A program made the translations under genes and the position numbers. Below the pieces are notes generated by a model. It was not told the DNA's origin. It did not search any database and was given only the letters and a program-made list of their open reading frames with translations. Shown piece after piece: positions 39,032-48,408 of a stretch of 64,000 nt of DNA. The number at the start of each line of letters is the position of its first letter. The stretch's first letter is position 1. Origin of the DNA: Owenia fusiformis (taxonomy: Eukaryota); assembly GCA_903813345.2 (NCBI GenBank), contig CAIIXF020000001.1, positions 27,404,001-27,468,000 on the forward strand. The letters are read 5' to 3'.

Positions 39032-40901
39032 TATAGCGTTGCCGGAAGTGATGCATTGTGGGTGATGTGTTAAATAAATGATTACTGATATAAGTACCCT
39101 AAATGTGTCACAATTCTATGAATAAAAGTGCAAAATTTGCCTAAGTGTGTGTACTACTCATAACAATGTGAATATGAAATCACATATAGCAAGTAAAGCA
39201 GTTAATTGTAATAAAGGTAGCGTGTAGATTTGTTTGCATTGATATTTACATTTGTGATTATGTAAAATGTAATTAAGCCTCATAAAGAGGCATGAAGCTT
39301 TTATGTATTTTGTAACATTGTAATTGTAGTATGAAAAGAAAATATATCTTCATCTATTTATTGCGCTGTATGCCCATCGAAGGTGTCTCTTCTGTAGCAC
39401 TGAGGAATTATTGTAGCGGTAACGTGCGGTATAAACTTAAAGCTTATAGGTTCCAAGCATATGCAGGCGTCACATAGTGCATGACATCTATGGCTGGCGT
39501 CCCATCACAGACTGACATCAAAGTAACATCCTGGTTAGGCCAGTGCCCTCAGCTAGTCATCACCTCAGTTAACCTCATCATAGGGATCCCAGTGCATCAA
39601 GAATCAAAGAAAAATAGCACGTTTACGCGATACCACGATATTACACACTGAGGTTTAGCTTCTAGAGCATCACTACTGGGTGATGCTCTAATATGTTCAT
39701 TTATACATTATTATACTGTATTTGACATAAGACCTTTAATAAGTGAATTGTCAAATATCCTTGTACAGGATATAAATTAGTACAGGGCCTTTAAATATTG
39801 AATTGTCAAATATCCTTGTACAGGATATAAATTAATACAAGGCCTTTAATTGACAAATATCCTTGGACAGTATATGAATTTATACAGGGCCTTTAATTGA
39901 CAAATATCCTTGGACAGGATACGAATTTATACAGGGCCTTTAATTGACAAATATCCTTGGTCAGGATATGAATTTATACAGGGCCTTTAATTGACAAATA
40001 TCCTTGGACAGTATATGAATTTATACAGGGCCTTTAATTGACAAATATCCTTGGACAGGATATGAATTTATACAGGGCCTTTAATTGACAAATATCCTTG
40101 GACAGGATATGAATTTATACAGGGCCTTTAATATTGAATTGTCAAATATCCTTGTACAGGATATAAATTAATACAGTGCCTTTAATTGACAAATATCCTT
40201 GGACAGGATACAAATTTATACAGGGCCTTTAATTGACAAATATCCTTGGACAGGATATGAATTTATACAGGGCCTTTAATTATTCTTGTGCAGAATATAT
40301 TATGTGAAGACATCGGCATCTGGACGATTGGCTCAAGTATAAACCCCGGGTTTTGGTCTCATCGAAGATCCCCGGGTGATTTCGATCCCCGGGTGATTTC
40401 TATCTTTCCTTTTCAATCCTTATTTCTCATAGAAAACACCAAGAAAACTGAATTTAACTTTCTATATACATCTATTTACACTTTATATACGTTTTCCCAC
40501 CCCCCTAGTACATAATTTGTGTTATATTCTTACATTTTTACTAGATTTTGTTCAAGAGCTTCAAGATTTGATCTTCCCGCTTTCGAAAGCTACCTGTGCA
40601 CTGCGCATGTCCAAGACAGTCCAAGACGCCACAAATGGCAATTGACGCACCGCGCATGCGTCCCGGAAGTTAAGAAAGTCTAAACTTCCGGTAAAAACAA
40701 ACGTGAACATTTTATGTTTATACTTGAAAATGAGAAGATAGTAAGAGATTACATTAATATAAAATGATATAAGAATGCTGAAATATAATGCAAGTACAGG
40801 ATCGAACTAATGAATTGAACAGTTGAAGGTAAGAAAGTATGGCACGTAAAAGATCAGGTGAAATGAATTTGTAAATTTTCTGAGTTCCTAAAAATGCTAC
40901 A
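39032..40901 (-). repeat. 3' LTR (contains a 47-bp tandem array at ~39733-40280)
   Basis: Direct repeat of 48409-50278 at offset 9377; element-strand termini TGTAGC...GCTATA. Confidence 0.97.
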
Positions 40902-40914
40902 TTACTCCCCTCTT
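40902..40914 (-). promoter_or_regulatory. Polypurine tract
   Basis: Minus strand AAGAGGGGAGTAA directly before the 3' LTR start TGTAGC. Confidence 0.85.
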
Positions 40915-41026
40915 AGATTCTTCGTCCCGAAGAATCACTATAATTGTAAATCCGAACATTTACATTGAATTCATTTAAAATTGTTGTAGTTTTAATGTCT
41001 TGCATGCAATAACAATACCTGAACTA

Positions 41027-41530
41027 TGTTTATAATGGCATGCAATGTCGAGACTGGATACAATGTTCATAATGGCATGCGATGTTGAGACTGGATACAA
41101 TGTTCATAATGGCATGCGATGTCGAGACTGGATATAATGTTCATAATGGCATGCGATGTCGAGACTGGATACAATGTTCATAATGGCATGCGATGTCAAG
41201 ACTGGATACAATGTTCATAATGACATGTGATGTCGAGACTGGATATAATGTTCATAATGGCATGCGATGTTGAGACTGGATACAATGTTCATAATGGCAT
41301 GCGATGTCGAGACTGGATACAATGTTCATAATGGCATGCGATGTCGAGACTGGATATAATGTTCATAATGGCATGCGATGTCGAGACTGGATACAATGTT
41401 CATAATGGCATGCGATGTCAAGACTGGATACAATGTTCATAATGACATGTGATGTCGAGACTGGATATAATGTTCATAATGGCATGCGATGTTGAGACTG
41501 GATACAATGTTCATAATGGCATGCGATGTT
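41027..41530. repeat. 37-bp tandem array (~13.5 copies) between pol and the PPT
   Basis: ataatggcatgcgatgtcgagactggatacaatgttc repeated; the variant gatgtcaag recurs at 222 bp (6 units). Confidence 0.95.
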
Positions 41531-41544
41531 GGTAATTATAATTA

Positions 41545-44500
41545 TTAACTGTCCTCAGTCTGTGTTGCGATGGATACTTTTTCACCCTGGAATGAGATTT
41601 GATTCAACGGATTGAGTGTCAGGCTTGACATTTGCCAAGTGATTTGTCTTTCCCCTTCTTGAATGGTAAAGTACTCATCTCGTCGGACGCCTGGTAATAC
41701 ATTGACCTTTCTGTTGTTGGATTTCCTTCCCTTCTTTAAGCATTTCTGCATGTATAGGGCCCTCTTGTTGTCAGCCTCTGAAGAGGGTGCTCCAACCCCA
41801 AAAAGACGGGGGTCCAGCTTACTGGCGAGGATGCTATCATCATCTCCCTCCAAAGGCTCCAAAGGAATAAGCTTGGGAAAGTGGGGTGGGGGTATAGAGG
41901 GGGTGATTATTACTCTTCTCGGGGGTGATTTGGTGGGCACCTCATCTGTAGGAGCGGTAGGAGGGGTAGAGTTTTGAGCTGTGGGAGGCCTCAATGGCCC
42001 AAAAACTTGAGTGAGTCTATCTGACACATTAAGAGTAGAAGTATGTGTTGAGTCTGACACAGTAGGTGTTGAGTCTGACACAGTAGGGGTAGATGTGGAG
42101 TCTGACACAGTAGGGGTAGTTGTTGAGTGTTCATCTGAGGACGTTTCTGTTGGTTCATCCTGCAAGACATTCAGTGCATGTTCTATGGTTTTGGTCAGCA
42201 TATTTCCTAAGGTGGCTTTTAGGACTTTGTTGGGGTTGACGCACCCAAGGCCTAGGTCTTTTTCATCCGAGAATGAAAAAGGCAGGGCAACTGGTGCTTC
42301 CATATCTTCATAAGTCTCCTCCTCAGGCAGGGTTGATGGGATGGTGGCTACTGGTAGTTTTGGAAGGGTGATGGATGTGATGGGTATTGATGCCTCTTCT
42401 ATTTGTGGGACTAGTGTTGGCATAGTGATGGGTGTTGTAGTTAAGGGATCATAGATGGTCATTGGGTCTGCCCGACATCTGGTGAGGTGCCTCGCCAACC
42501 CACTTGGCCTTTCAAAAGGGATGTTGCAGTTAGGATTGGGACACCTATAATTGGTAGTACATCTGTGCATGGACATGTTGTGGGGAGAGTCAAATTTCCT
42601 CCTGCATACTGGGCATTTCAAGTGATTTCTTCTCTTCATTCCGTCCCCTCTGGTTGGCCCTCCTCGTCCACGACCACCTCTCTGGTTATAGGATCTGTTC
42701 GTCAAAAACTTTGGTGTTTTCACAACTCGACCACTGCGAGTAGTGGTTGTAGGGACTTCTTCAGAAGGCTCAGTCTCATCTTCTCCGTGATCATCTCTCG
42801 GTGGTGAGTCAACAACATCTAAATTTGGCCCCAAAAATGGCTTGAGACGGTTGTGGTGCACTGTTTTCAGTTTGCGACCAGTATCGATTTCATACACCAA
42901 ATCACTCAGATTCTGTTTGATGATATATGGGCCTTCCCATCGGTTTTGTAACTTGGGTGACAGTCCTACTTTACGTGCCGTTGCATGAAGCCAGACTGAG
43001 TCTCCAGGATGGTAACGCTGGGTGACCAGTTTATTGTCATAATGATGTTTCTGTCTCTCTGCAGTTTTCAGCAAAGTTTCTCGGGCATGTTCATGAATTT
43101 CCCAGAGTGCTTCCCTCGTCTCCACAACATATTGCTGGTAGATGATTGGATCATGTCCCTTAGGGGCAGGGCCTAACAAAAGGTCAATGGGTAGCTTCAA
43201 CTCTCTTCCAAACATCAATCTAGCAGGAGAATAACCGGTACTGGGATGAACAGAGGACCTATAAGCAAACAGTAACCACTGTAATTTTTCGTCCCAATCT
43301 CGCTGATTCTTTGAGATCACCTTTCGTAACATTAGTTCCAGTGTGCGATTGAATCGTTCCACCATACCGTTACCCTGAGGGTGATACGGGGTAGTTCTTG
43401 TCTTGTCAATGCCTAAAAGGTCACTAAGCTCTTTTAGTAGGTCACCATCAAATTGTCTTCCTTGGTCTGTGTGAAGTGACAGTGGAACTCCAAATCGAGA
43501 TATCAAAGTGTCACTGACAGCTTCCGCTACAACCTCTGCAGTTATACTGGCTAATGGGACAGCCTCTGGCCATTTAGTAAAGGAATCTTCCATCACTAAG
43601 ACATAGGAATTGTCTTTGTAAGTTGCAGTAAGAGGACCTAACAAATCAATGAAAACTCTTTCTAATGGTGCGCCTACAACATGAGACTTCAATTGAGCTT
43701 TCGGTCTCTTATTGGGCATACTGGCCGCTTGGCATGCTTCACATTGTCGACACCACTCTTCGATGTATTCTCTGTAATTAGGCCAGTAGTAACGAGACCT
43801 TATCCTGTCCACAGTGCGATTTATTCCCATATGTCCAAGTTGACTGTGTAGGCCGTCAAAGACATCACGATATAAAGCTTTCGGAATAACAGCTTGAACA
43901 ATCACATCTCCATGAATTCCAGGATTGATTGTCCTTGACAAAACATCATCTTCCAGACTAAGAGACGAATATTGGCCCCAGAACTGCTTGTGCACTGGAC
44001 TCAAACAAGCTATTTCTTGTCGGGTTGGTCGTTCACCATTTTTGACCCACACAATTACATCCTTCAATACATCATCGTCAGATTGTTTACTCCTCATATC
44101 GTGAGTTGGTATTAGCCAGTTTTCATCTTGTTCTGTAATTTGGCGGATATGTTCATCACAAGATTGTGAATCTCTAGTTTCATGGCGTTCACATTTTGAA
44201 CATGGACCACATGGAGGAATCCGTGACAAGCCATCTGCGTTGCCATGCTTCAGTCCAGCCCTATGTTCAATTGTGAAGTCATATGTTTCCAGGACCTCCA
44301 GCCATCGAGCCATCTGACCTTCCGGTCGTTTAAAATTGGCCAACCATCTGAGTGAACCATGGTCAGTTCTGACTTTGAAATGAGCACCATACAGATAGTG
44401 ATGGTAATTCTTCACCGACAGCACAATAGCCAGGAGCTCTCGTCTCGTAACACAGTAATTTCGCTCAGGTCGGCTTAAAGTTTTACTGAAATAAGCAACA

Positions 44501-46485
44501 GGCCTCTCCACTCCATCAATCTCCTGAGATAATACAGCTCCAACACCAAAAGCGCTCGCATCTGTGTCCAAGATAAATGGCACTCCAGCAACTGGATAAG
44601 CCAAAATAGGAGCAGTTATAAGAGCCTCTTTCAAGTCAGCAAAGGCGGCCTCACAATCAAGAGACCAGACAAACTTAATGTCTTTCTCTGTTAGTTTAAC
44701 AAGTGGCTTGGCACGATGGGAAAAATTCTTCACAAATCTGCGATAATAAGCACACGTGCCTAGGAAACTTCGGACTTCAGTGACAGATTTTGGGCATGGC
44801 CATTCTTTGACGGCTTTTATTTTGTCAGGATCTGGTTCAATTCCTCTTGAGGAAACTCTGTGTCCAAGAAAGGACACTTCTTCTTTAAAGAAATCACATT
44901 TCTTTGGGGACACTTTCATGCCAGCTTTGGAAATACGTTGCAGCACCTCCTCCAGGCGCTGTAAGTGTGTATCAAATGTATCAGCAAAACATATTATGTC
45001 GTCGATATACACTAAGCATGTCTCCCAGTGTAGGCCAACTAAAATCTTCTCCATCAACCTCTCAAAAGTGGCTGGGGCATTACACAGCCCGAATGGCATA
45101 ACAGTAAACTGATAGAGGCCATTCCCGGCAGAAAAGGCAGTTTTCTCTGCATCATCAGGACTCATACGGACTTGCCAGTATCCACTTGCCAAGTCAAGGC
45201 AACTGAACCATTTAGACCCAGAAAGAGCATCAAGGGAATCATCTATGCGTGGTAATGGATATGAATCTTTCTTTGTGAGTTCATTCAAGCTCCTGAAATC
45301 TATACAGAATCTAATCGAATCATCTTTCTTCCTAACCAACACAACCGGACTAGACCAAGGACTAGAAGATGGTTCTATGATTCCGTTTTCTAACATCTTA
45401 TGAATCTCAGTCATAGCGGCATCTCTCTTCGCTAAAGGTAAACGTCTTGGTGGAAGTTTCACAGGGCGATTATCTCCAGTATCGATGTTATGGGTCACTA
45501 GATTAGTTCGTCCCAGGTCTGATTTATCTCTGGCAAAGACATGGGTATATCTCATCAAAAGATCCTTCAGTTTTATCTTTTGGTCATCATCACAATGTAC
45601 ACTGCTACGATTGAATAAATCCTGTAAGTAATCAGGAAGTTGATCATCACTGTTCACAGACCGAATATGGACTCCCTGATCATCAGACGAATCTTCTGCA
45701 AGTGTACCAATTTCATCCACCTCTAATACTTCTTCACATGTGGCGACAATGGAATTAGCATGAATCGTGATTGGAGTATCACTAACATTGGCTATGCGAA
45801 TGGGTATCATCTTCGATTGTAGATTCACAACACCTCTCGCTACCATGTACTCTCTGTCAAAAGATGGATGATTTTCAACAACTCCAATACCATTCAGTCG
45901 TGACACATCATTACAAGAAAGCCTTCCCTGAAGAAACATTTCACTTGATGCCGGGACCTCAACCGTATCAATGGCAGAAACTTTAATCACCTTCGAGACA
46001 TCACTTTCCAGCTGACAGTCTAGACTAACTCCCTCTAGAAACAAGCGATTTGTAGCAAAATCTATCATACATGAATGTCTAGACAAGAAGTCAAAGCCCA
46101 AAATGACTGGGGATGCAATGTCTGCTATGATCATCTCACATTCTGGGAGTCTTCCATCTGAAAGTCTGAGTGCAAAGTCTGCACTACCTATGGTCCTGAT
46201 AACACCATTATTTGCCGTCTGGAGTCTTATTGGATTGATTTTTAAAATAGGCCTCACTGGGGATTTCAGCTGTTTATAGGTATCGTAACTCATAACACTG
46301 GTTTTTGCTCCAGAATCAATTAAACATGAAACATCTAAACCACAAATATTAACAATTAAACATAATCCATCATATTTAGTCATAGTGGATTGTCTAATGT
46401 TATGTACAGCTGGTCCTAGTCCATTCCCCATAGGATCCTTGAGGAGCATCTCATGGCCTACTGAGATCTCCCGTTTGAGTTTAAA
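41545..46485 (-). CDS. pol: Gypsy Pol (protease, RT, RNase H, integrase) with a ~385-aa C-terminal zinc-finger/Thr-Pro-rich extension
   Basis: LIDSGA (PR); CIDFR, LPRID, MPFGL, VYIDD (RT); TDAS, RELLA, TDH, NADGLS (RH); H..GH..C..C, FIDLLGP, TDQG, NGMVER (IN); GPY. Uninterrupted 1668-codon ORF (41545-46551), probably entered by a -1 frameshift. Confidence 0.97.
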   Translation of the reverse strand, partial: FKLKREISVGHEMLLKDPMGNGLGPAVHNIRQSTMTKYDGLCLIVNICGLDVSCLIDSGAKTSVMSYDTYKQLKSPVRPILKINPIRLQTANNGVIRTIGSADFALRLSDGRLPECEMIIADIASPVILGFDFLSRHSCMIDFATNRLFLEGVSLDCQLESDVSKVIKVSAIDTVEVPASSEMFLQGRLSCNDVSRLNGIGVVENHPSFDREYMVARGVVNLQSKMIPIRIANVSDTPITIHANSIVATCEEVLEVDEIGTLAEDSSDDQGVHIRSVNSDDQLPDYLQDLFNRSSVHCDDDQKIKLKDLLMRYTHVFARDKSDLGRTNLVTHNIDTGDNRPVKLPPRRLPLAKRDAAMTEIHKMLENGIIEPSSSPWSSPVVLVRKKDDSIRFCIDFRSLNELTKKDSYPLPRIDDSLDALSGSKWFSCLDLASGYWQVRMSPDDAEKTAFSAGNGLYQFTVMPFGLCNAPATFERLMEKILVGLHWETCLVYIDDIICFADTFDTHLQRLEEVLQRISKAGMKVSPKKCDFFKEEVSFLGHRVSSRGIEPDPDKIKAVKEWPCPKSVTEVRSFLGTCAYYRRFVKNFSHRAKPLVKLTEKDIKFVWSLDCEAAFADLKEALITAPILAYPVAGVPFILDTDASAFGVGAVLSQEIDGVERPVAYFSKTLSRPERNYCVTRRELLAIVLSVKNYHHYLYGAHFKVRTDHGSLRWLANFKRPEGQMARWLEVLETYDFTIEHRAGLKHGNADGLSRIPPCGPCSKCERHETRDSQSCDEHIRQITEQDENWLIPTHDMRSKQSDDDVLKDVIVWVKNGERPTRQEIACLSPVHKQFWGQYSSLSLEDDVLSRTINPGIHGDVIVQAVIPKALYRDVFDGLHSQLGHMGINRTVDRIRSRYYWPNYREYIEEWCRQCEACQAASMPNKRPKAQLKSHVVGAPLERVFIDLLGPLTATYKDNSYVLVMEDSFTKWPEAVPLASITAEVVAEAVSDTLISRFGVPLSLHTDQGRQFDGDLLKELSDLLGIDKTRTTPYHPQGNGMVERFNRTLELMLRKVISKNQRDWDEKLQWLLFAYRSSVHPSTGYSPARLMFGRELKLPIDLLLGPAPKGHDPIIYQQYVVETREALWEIHEHARETLLKTAERQKHHYDNKLVTQRYHPGDSVWLHATARKVGLSPKLQNRWEGPYIIKQNLSDLVYEIDTGRKLKTVHHNRLKPFLGPNLDVVDSPPRDDHGEDETEPSEEVPTTTTRSGRVVKTPKFLTNRSYNQRGGRGRGGPTRGDGMKRRNHLKCPVCRRKFDSPHNMSMHRCTTNYRCPNPNCNIPFERPSGLARHLTRCRADPMTIYDPLTTTPITMPTLVPQIEEASIPITSITLPKLPVATIPSTLPEEETYEDMEAPVALPFSFSDEKDLGLGCVNPNKVLKATLGNMLTKTIEHALNVLQDEPTETSSDEHSTTTPTVSDSTSTPTVSDSTPTVSDSTHTSTLNVSDRLTQVFGPLRPPTAQNSTPPTAPTDEVPTKSPPRRVIITPSIPPPHFPKLIPLEPLEGDDDSILASKLDPRLFGVGAPSSEADNKRALYMQKCLKKGRKSNNRKVNVLPGVRRDEYFTIQEGERQITWQMSSLTLNPLNQISFQGEKVSIATQTEDS

Positions 46486-48305
46486 GTGCTCTCTTTGTAT
46501 TTCACCCACAGTTCTTTGGGCCTCTCTCCACGGTGTGAAGATGGTAGCCATCCGGCTTTGACGTCATCTTGTCTAATGTGGCAGGAATATACAAAGTGGC
46601 CCTCCCGATTACAATAATGGCACTTCTTTCCATGTGTAGATCGGTTAGAATAAGTCGTAGTTGAAGCTGGTTCTCTGGCCTGACCTTCCACAGATGTTGC
46701 CCTTACTTGAATTGGAATATCCTCTGCATAGCCTTCGATAGCGAGAGCAGCTCTTAAGGCTTCTTTCATTGTCACTGGATTCTTTGAAAATACATGGTAG
46801 CTCATTTGAGTGTCACTCATCTTCAAGGCATGCTTAAATGCATCTAGTGCTATGGAGTCTTTAGCATGAGTTGCTAAATCTGGATATCCTAGGTTTGTTA
46901 GACGCACAATATCATGCCCTAGAACATTCACACCCTCGGACTTTCCTTTGAGACGTTTCCTCAGTTGATTTCTATACTTCTCTTCTTGGTTGTCAGGCTC
47001 AAATTGAGCAGCAATGGCTTCACATATGTAATTATAGTCATATCTCTTTGAGGTATCAATAGTGTCAAACACTTTTTGAGCATCACCGTCTAGGCAGATC
47101 ATCAGTTCTATAGCTTTTCGTTCATCGCTCCACTGATTGATTTCGGCAATCATCTCAAATGACATCTTGTAAACCCTCCAACTGGTACTGCCATTATAGG
47201 ATTTAGGTTTTCGTTCTTTGATATTGGACATATTTTGGATATTATTCGCCCTACTTGGAGGTGGCCTCATTGTGTTGTTAACCATGGCGGGTCTTTCAAA
47301 GTTCCTGATGGACTGGTAGGGAGCCACCTCAGTAGAATATGGGTCATTATTTCGGTATGGAGGTACATCAGTTTGATATCTCTCTTCATGTATTTTGGCT
47401 GGCACATGATTTGGATGCATACCAGCATTTTCGTCTATCAGGTATGGGTTACTTCTCGTAACTTTGGGCGGTTCATAGCTAATGGTTGGTAGGCCATGAG
47501 CTTTTGTGGTATATGGATTGTCGTTCAAAAACTTTGTGGTATGACTCCTCTCGTCAATAGGAGCTTCTGTACCAATAGGTGCTTGGACATGGCTAATGTC
47601 TGGTTGGCTCTGAGTATTTCTAACATATGGTACATTATTTACAAGTTGTGTTGGGTGACTTCTCTCGTCAATGGTAGCTCCTATACCAATAGGTGCTTGG
47701 ACATGCACACTATGCTGTTGTGGACGGACATCTTCCTGCTGTCGGCTGACAGAATTCGAAGTGGATGAAGATGTCCCAGCATCTGCCCTGGAACATGTAA
47801 TAAGTGCCTTCCCGGTTGTTCCAGAGTAATCTTCTGTCCGGGTACAGAAGCGGTGTGTGCATGGTACTGTATTTACAGAAGCCCCATTCCCACAAACACC
47901 TCTAGTTTGATCAGGACTTGGAGGTAGCGTGTGATTGGGACTTATAGCATTATTTACACTATGTACAGACATATTATCAGTTGATTCATTGGATTTATTT
48001 ACAATATTTTCAGTAGCATTAGCTTTTGGAACATCCCCCTGTCCAAAACTTCGAAGCTCATCATCTAAGGGATTAGAACAATATTTTCTCATAAGTGACT
48101 GTTCTTCTTCATCCAGGTCTTTACGCCATTTCCCTATGTCCGCAAGTCGCTGTTGAACTTCAGCATCGGACAGGTCATCACCCTCTGGATTCTTAGAGTT
48201 TTCTTCCTGCATCACTGGCTCAGTTCTCATAGCTTCAGCACCCTGTTGTGAGATCATCATGGTAACCTCATCATCAACCCGTAACTCTTGTCTCTCTTCT
48301 TCCAT
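46458..48305 (-). CDS. gag: Gypsy Gag, 615 aa, with CCHC zinc knuckle
   Basis: Capsid-like region (PKSYNGSTSW..FEMIAEINQW..LDGDA) and knuckle CHYCNREGHFVYSC; begins about 80 bp after the PBS. Confidence 0.93.
   Translation of the reverse strand: MEEERQELRVDDEVTMMISQQGAEAMRTEPVMQEENSKNPEGDDLSDAEVQQRLADIGKWRKDLDEEEQSLMRKYCSNPLDDELRSFGQGDVPKANATENIVNKSNESTDNMSVHSVNNAISPNHTLPPSPDQTRGVCGNGASVNTVPCTHRFCTRTEDYSGTTGKALITCSRADAGTSSSTSNSVSRQQEDVRPQQHSVHVQAPIGIGATIDERSHPTQLVNNVPYVRNTQSQPDISHVQAPIGTEAPIDERSHTTKFLNDNPYTTKAHGLPTISYEPPKVTRSNPYLIDENAGMHPNHVPAKIHEERYQTDVPPYRNNDPYSTEVAPYQSIRNFERPAMVNNTMRPPPSRANNIQNMSNIKERKPKSYNGSTSWRVYKMSFEMIAEINQWSDERKAIELMICLDGDAQKVFDTIDTSKRYDYNYICEAIAAQFEPDNQEEKYRNQLRKRLKGKSEGVNVLGHDIVRLTNLGYPDLATHAKDSIALDAFKHALKMSDTQMSYHVFSKNPVTMKEALRAALAIEGYAEDIPIQVRATSVEGQAREPASTTTYSNRSTHGKKCHYCNREGHFVYSCHIRQDDVKAGWLPSSHRGERPKELWVKYKESTLNSNGRSQ
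46479..46485 (-). promoter_or_regulatory. -1 ribosomal frameshift slippery site UUUAAAC with downstream stem-loop
   Basis: gag frame ACT TTA AAC, pol frame CAC TTT AAA; stem ggag-atctca/tgagat-g-ctcc starts about 7 nt downstream on the element strand. Confidence 0.8.
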
Positions 48306-48386
48306 CTGGAATGCAGGACAAGACTAGAGTTATACAGGTTATAAATACAAGGGTGTGCATGAACTCATCTGATCACTGGTTAAATG

Positions 48387-48406
48387 GAATCCCACCGCTG
48401 CCACCA
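48387..48406 (-). promoter_or_regulatory. Primer-binding site complementary to the tRNA-Leu 3' end
   Basis: Plus strand GAATCCCACCGCTGCCACCA matches the 3' end (plus CCA) of metazoan tRNA-Leu(AAG-type); located 2 nt from the 5' LTR. Confidence 0.85.
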
Positions 48407-48408
48407 AT

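Noticed and set aside
40288-40515. Identical 75-aa ORF here and at 49665-49892
   Set aside because: Explained by LTR duplication; GTG start, antisense to the element, no recognisable domain.
41027-41530. 37-bp repeats of CRISPR-repeat length
   Set aside because: Head-to-tail with no unique spacers; located in the Gypsy 3' UTR.
41545-42710. env gene / endogenous errantivirus
   Set aside because: No signal peptide, fusion-peptide signature or transmembrane segment in the extension.
41663-48156. Plus-strand ORFs overlapping gag/pol (also those antisense to the LINEs)
   Set aside because: Shadow ORFs of long coding regions with no motifs.
48387-48406. tRNA-Leu gene
   Set aside because: Only the 3' 20 nt including CCA are present, which is a primer-binding site.
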